From assembly GCF_009914755.1 (NCBI RefSeq), contig NC_060934.1: 64,000 nt of DNA, one strand, 5' to 3'. Shown here piece by piece: positions 54,281 through 64,000 of this stretch. The notes under the pieces were generated by a model, which worked only from the letters and a program-made list of their open reading frames with translations, was not told the origin of the DNA and ran no database searches. Source of the DNA: the human T2T-CHM13v2.0 reference genome, Homo sapiens. Every line of letters begins with the position of its first letter. Positions within the stretch are counted from its first letter, which is position 1. Position numbers and translations under genes: made by a program.

Positions 54281-54504
54281 GAAGCCGACTTTTCCCATTA
54301 TTTTTAACGGTAATTCATAAAATCCTTGTTAGGTTTGATGACAGGTACCATATTAAGGGCAGCATTTTATAACCCATATCTTAAACATCATCTCTGGAAG
54401 TTGAGAGCCTCCAATGGGTTTTCTATAGAGTGCACATGATACCACACTCAGGCAGTTCATGGAGTGTAAGACATATCTTAGTGCTTTGTCATTTGACATT
54501 TTAA

Positions 54505-54660
<156 letters not shown>

Positions 54661-56588
54661 TGAGTACAACTATGCTGCCGAGGGACAGATTCCTTTATTC
54701 GGAAATTATTTCAGCCATTTGGTTGTCCTCTTCAGCAATCAGCTTAAGAAATTGGAGTCAACCATATATTGATATCCAGATTCTCAATATTAAGTATCAG
54801 TTTCTCTTTTAATCTTAGACGTCGTGGTGGAAGGAAAAATCAGTTAGCAAAGAAGCAAACCCAGAAACAGTGTATCTTTTTGATGCCTTTATGCCTTTAG
54901 ACAATGTTGAACACAGTGAGAAGGATAGGTTCCCTTTCTTGAATGTTTTTTGTGGAAACTTAGTTTTTCAATGCATCATAGGCCCAAATCAGTGTGCACT
55001 ACTTTGGACATTATCCTTGGAAGAAGGAACAGCTTTTCTTCTTCTGGCACCACAGTGTATCTGCATTTGAATTTCTCCCATTGTGCATGAGCACCTCATG
55101 GGCCACAAAGATGCGCTTTGAGAGCACCCTGAGATGAAGTTTATTTTAAAAGGAACAACAACCAACACCACCACCAGCTCCACAGGGGCCGTCCAGTGTA
55201 CATTATTCTCATCTCCTTGGGTTATTAGTCTTGATTTTTAGAACACAGTTTGGAAAGTGCTAATTTAGAATATTAATGTCTTTATCTTTAATTTAACTTT
55301 TCATTCTGTAAACATAACTAGCTTATAAACAATTTTGTTTCAAATGCACTAGCCTTTTTAGCTAATTCAATTGTCAATAACTTTTACTTCAATTAAAAGT
55401 GGCAAGTTTACACTCATAATAATGTCACTTTCCTCCCTCCCTTTTAACAATAGTTGAGAGGAAATTGTGTTTCAAACAAAAACTGAACTCAAACTCTGTC
55501 TCAAGTCCTGAGCTTTGGGACCTATTGAGTAATCACTAAATGTCTGTAGTCAGCCAAGTCTCTTAAATCTCTGAGCACACATACACAAAAATTACTTTGA
55601 CTAGAGTCCCTGGCTTCTTCTGAGTTCCAAAGATTTTGATAAGTTAGCATATAATTCAAAAGCAGCTTTGAAGATTAATTTTGCTGAAACTAATTTCGTG
55701 CTTTTTTCCTCATTATTCTACTTTTTAGAAGTCTACTTTTGAGAGTATAGTAAGTTTTAATTTGCCACCAGCAAGTTTGAGAAATGATCATTTGGTGTAT
55801 TCACTATTGGTGAAATAAAGTTATTGAACAAATTAATAGGGCAAATTGGCTTCAAGAAGATATTTTGAAAAATGTTTTATCATGAATCAGTAGTGCACTG
55901 TTGTCAGTGGGATAGGTGGAACTCGCTGAGATCACTTATGCAAGGTTTTTTTCAAAATGCAAGTCTGCAAATACATGTATCTTCCCATCTCCACTTTCCC
56001 TCTATCTCTAGGCACTGAGAAGCCTTTTAGGAAAATCGGGATGGATGTGAGGCATCTTTCTGTGAAGAAAAGCATCCCAGAAGATTCTGATTTTCACCCC
56101 AGCTCAATCATTCCAAACTTTGCTGCTGATTGAAATCACCTGGGAAACGTTTACCAAGAACCTTGATGCCCAAAGCCATACCCAATACTAATTAAATTAA
56201 AATGTCTCATGTGGAAGATGAGGCAGATATTAAAGCTTCTCAGGCGATTTTAATGTGCAGCAAAGTTTGAGAGCCACTGCTTAATTTGAGTTTAGGACGA
56301 GAAACTGCTCCTATTTGGTGGGACCTTGGGCAAGTCAGTTTTAAGGTTTGTTTCCCTGATCTGTAAAACGAGTGTTGAATTAAATGTCACATAAGGTCAT
56401 TGGTCCTTTCCAGCATGTAACTTTAAATTCTGTGATTTTAAAATTATTTCAGAGATGAAAACTACTTGAAGCACTATAGACATATCCATCTCACATGCTA
56501 ATGTTACAGGCTTTTTAAAAAGTGCTGATATTGTGTAGACCTATTAGTAGAATTGAGATTTACCTTCCCTCAGTTGTTTTGAGCCTCA

Positions 56589-57004
<416 letters not shown>

Positions 57005-57246
57005 TTATATATTGTAATCACCAACAGAAACGCGTCTTCTAACGGCATATTTCCTTGCATTTTGGTTCTCATATTTTTGTAAAAAACAAAGAAATGAAAA
57101 CAAAGTGCCCTTATGGTACTGTTCTGAACTAGAAGATTTGAATTTCAGGGCCGCTAGGAGAGTTTCCTCTGCCCCCCTTTTAAAAAATGTCTTCAGGCCT
57201 AACAAATGATAACATCTATTGTTATGAATTTTTTTTCCTTCCACAG

Positions 57247-57282
57247 TGTGACCTTGGAGATACCTCATCATATCACACAAAG
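57247..57282 (+). CDS. AGAP-family exon (VTLEIPHHITQ)
   Basis: ccacag acceptor, AAG|gtgagc donor, 36 bp; similar to CCNYL1 VTLAIYYHIKN. Confidence 0.82.
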
Positions 57283-57555
57283 GTGAGCTTTTTAGAAACC
57301 TGTCTTGTTATTCTAGCTAATTACTTTGCAAGATATCAAGCACAGTGTTAGGTCACAGCTCTAGACATCATAAGCTGTATTGTGCCTACTAAAATATCGA
57401 AGCAAATTATTTGTATTTTCTTTGTTCCTTAAGACTCTCATAATTCTTAAATGATTGAGAATCTCAAAGAGTATATGTTTATATTGATTATATTGATATT
57501 TAGTGTGGTAGAATTATACAATTGAAATTTTTTCAAAATCTATTTTTAGTTTAGA

Positions 57556-57720
57556 TTTCACAGCCTTACCACTGTTGATATTATGGGCTAGATAATGCTT
57601 TGTTGTGAGGACTGTCTTGTGCATTGCAGAGAGTTTAGCAGTATTCATGGCCTCTACCAACTAGATATCAGTAGTAACCCATGACCCAGGTTATAAAAAC
57701 AGAAAATATTCCTTGAGAAC
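57556..57720. mobile_element. MER20-like hAT relic
   Basis: cactgttgatatt.tgggctagataat.ctttgttgtgaggactgtc.tgtgcattgcag. Confidence 0.65.
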
Positions 57721-57891
57721 AGTATTGTTAACAGAAGTTTTTCATTGAAAAAAAACTTTTCTACAACAAAAAGTTGAGTAAAAAGTGTGTCATTTGTTTA
57801 TATTATTTAAAGTCTCGCATGTTGAGCTTAATAGGAGACAAATGGATTCTCTAGAGCTTTCTTTGCAATTTGCTTCAAAGAAGCAATATGA

Positions 57892-58595
<704 letters not shown>

Positions 58596-58974
58596 TCAAA
58601 ACTTCACAAGTGGTGGTTTCTTAAATTAGTTACGGTGGCATTTTACATATTAATAAATTTATTCCATCAGTACTCATTGATCTTTCTTGCACAGTAAATG
58701 GATCTTTTGCTCCATACTTGCATTTATAATATCATGCATTAGTTACTTGGAATATATTGGTTTATGTTTTATTGTGTCAAAAATCACTTTTAGTTTAACC
58801 ACCAATCTTACTTTAACACGCCTTTAAGTATTGAAAAGCTGCCAAGCCTACAGTAGAAGGAACAAGTTTTTCAAAGTCCAGAGGAAAGCTTAAATTTTAT
58901 CATTGGGAACAAATACGTATTTCCCTTGAAGTGACAACCTCTCACTTCATTTATTTTTGAGAATGATAGTTGAA

Positions 58975-59247
58975 CTGGTTTTTTAGACCGAGTTTCACTC
59001 TGTCACTTGGCTGGAGTGCATTGGCATGATCTCAGCTCAAGCAATCCTCTCACCTCAGGCTCCTGTGTAGCTGGGACCACAGATGTGTGGCACCACGCCA
59101 GGCTAATTTTCTTATATGTTTGATAGAGACACGGTTTCGTTATGTTGCCTAGGCTGGTCCCGAACTCCTGAAGGAGCTCAGGCCATCTGCCTGCTTTGGC
59201 CTCTCAAAGTGCTGGGATTTTACAGGCGTGAGCCACTGCGCTGGCCC
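58975..59247 (-). mobile_element. Old (AluJ-like) Alu
   Basis: Diverged reverse Alu consensus. Confidence 0.8.
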
Positions 59248-59654
59248 AGTTGTACTTTTAAATAAAAATGATGTTCTGTGAAAAAAGTGATTTTTCAGTT
59301 CACAGTTAAATCACGGATTCTTTAAAAACAAACAAAAAAGCACTTCTCATTAACTTTCCACTTATTCAGAATATTAGAGACATGTCAAGATTTAACAACA
59401 TTAATTTTTATTGCTTCATCAAAGACGTTCTTAAGAAATTCAGGCTATGTTTTTTACCTGTAGGGGACAGTGAAGAATAGAATGACTACTAATGTAATTG
59501 GTACCACTGCCTTGATTTATGCTGAGAAACCAGCCATTGTACCTACTTTTGCTTTTATACAATCATGGCAAGTGTCAACGAAAAAGCAGGCAATGACTTT
59601 CACAAATTTTTAAAATTTTTCATCAGCTTTCTCAGGTTTAATTAGTATGATTCA

Positions 59655-59982
<328 letters not shown>

Positions 59983-60584
59983 AGTTATGACCTCTTAGGC
60001 CTTCTGGAAGGGGTCTTCGGGATCCCGAGAGGTCCACACAGCACATTTGGAGAACCACTGGTTTATACACAGGCACAATGCATTAGTTTTACAAAGTTTA
60101 AAGTTCATCAAAGACTGGCCTCTTAAAAAGGCAGGTGAGTTTGTCATTCAGACAACAGAAAATACATAAAAACATCATGAGAGTATACTACAGAGAACTA
60201 AAGAGAAAGGAAGCTAGGAAATCTGAATCACATTTACATTTATTAAAGTTTACTACTACTGCTTTGTAGAACATTCTTGTGTTTCAATGTGTGGTTAGAA
60301 GAGTGAAAATATGTTTGGTTTATTGCCATGGCCTGTTAGGGAGAGTCAATACTCATGGGCATTTCTGACTGGTTATCATATAAAAGGCTTCACGGTACAG
60401 GCCATGATGTACTGAGAAAGAAGAAGTCAGGAAACCCTCTGCAAGTCAGGATCCAGGAGAAGAATTCGTAAAAACTGCTTTGGTAAAGTAAACACCAAAG
60501 CACACAGGAGGAAGTATTTTACTCAACAAATATTATACTAAGATATTAACAGTTTTTGAAGTAACGCGCTTTCTTATTTTATAG

Positions 60585-60635
60585 AGATGCAGATAGATCT
60601 TTGAGCATACCTGATGAACAGTTAACTCATTTGCG
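60585..60635 (+). CDS. AGAP-family penultimate exon (DADRSLSIPDEQL...), apparent 1-nt deletion
   Basis: ttatag acceptor, GCG|gtaagt donor; 51 bp where 52 is needed to keep frame. Confidence 0.8.
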
Positions 60636-60855
60636 GTAAGTGGCACTTTTATTGAGGTTGTATTTTCATTGTACACTTGTATCTGTTTCATGCTGAAGTC
60701 AAAGCCATCTTTTTTTAAATCTTCCCCATTTCATGTTGCATTTAGTCATCTTAAGTGTTGTAAAAAGAATGTGCTGGAGTAAGAACTGATCTGCAGCTCT
60801 GTTTAGTTAGTGAGCTAGTATGAGTAAATATACTATCCAAACAACAGAAAATGTA

Positions 60856-61181
<326 letters not shown>

Positions 61182-61254
61182 CAGAAAATGTATCTTTTTA
61201 AAAGGTAATTGTGAGCTGTCTATAGGACCCTGCAAGCCACTACCCAATTTTTGA

Positions 61255-62757
<1,503 letters not shown>

Positions 62758-63045
62758 TATCTGTTTTATTTGACTGCAGTCTCCTTGGTGCAAAAACAAA
62801 ATGGGAAAAATAAGGATAACTCAGAATTTCAAAAGGAAATCACAAATTCAGCTAGTAATAGCATTTTCAGTACTTTTCGTAAACTAAGTGAATACACAAA
62901 ATGTTGATTTTTCTGACCATAAGACATATTTTATGTCCTTTTGCCAAGGTGGATGTGTTAGTCTCAGGCCCTCCTGGCCACATTGCCCAAGTCACACAGG
63001 CTTCTGTATTATGTATTTAGATAAAATGTGTGAAAATATATTTGA

Positions 63046-63400
<355 letters not shown>

Positions 63401-63481
63401 CATGGCACCTCTCTTAATTTATAAATTGAACTGGATGTGAAGTAATAATGTCAGCTAGTTGAGATAAGAAGGTTACAGTTC

Positions 63482-64000
<519 letters not shown>

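Overview
Eukaryotic (human-like primate) genomic DNA, consistent with the segmentally duplicated chr10q11.22 region. 1-34.1 kb, + strand: the last 14 coding exons of ANTXRL (anthrax toxin receptor-like: vWA, Ig-like, TM, polyproline and Cys-rich tail). I spliced them by hand and they stay in frame to the stop at 34118-34120. The last intron carries an antisense, decayed class I ERV (gag-pol, one LTR). 41.3-62.8 kb, + strand: an AGAP4-11/CTGLF-family copy, probably AGAP14P. It is a chimera of small cyclin-Y-like (CCNYL) 5' exons spliced onto one intronless AGAP1-derived retro-exon (PH-ArfGAP-ANK). This copy has a 1-nt frameshift in its penultimate exon and has lost the ArfGAP catalytic Arg. The rest is Alu/L1/LTR/DNA-transposon repeats. 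Most ORFs in the supplied track are spurious. Homologue comparisons are from memory, not alignment. I see no clearly new biological system; the chimera and its details are the most notable content.
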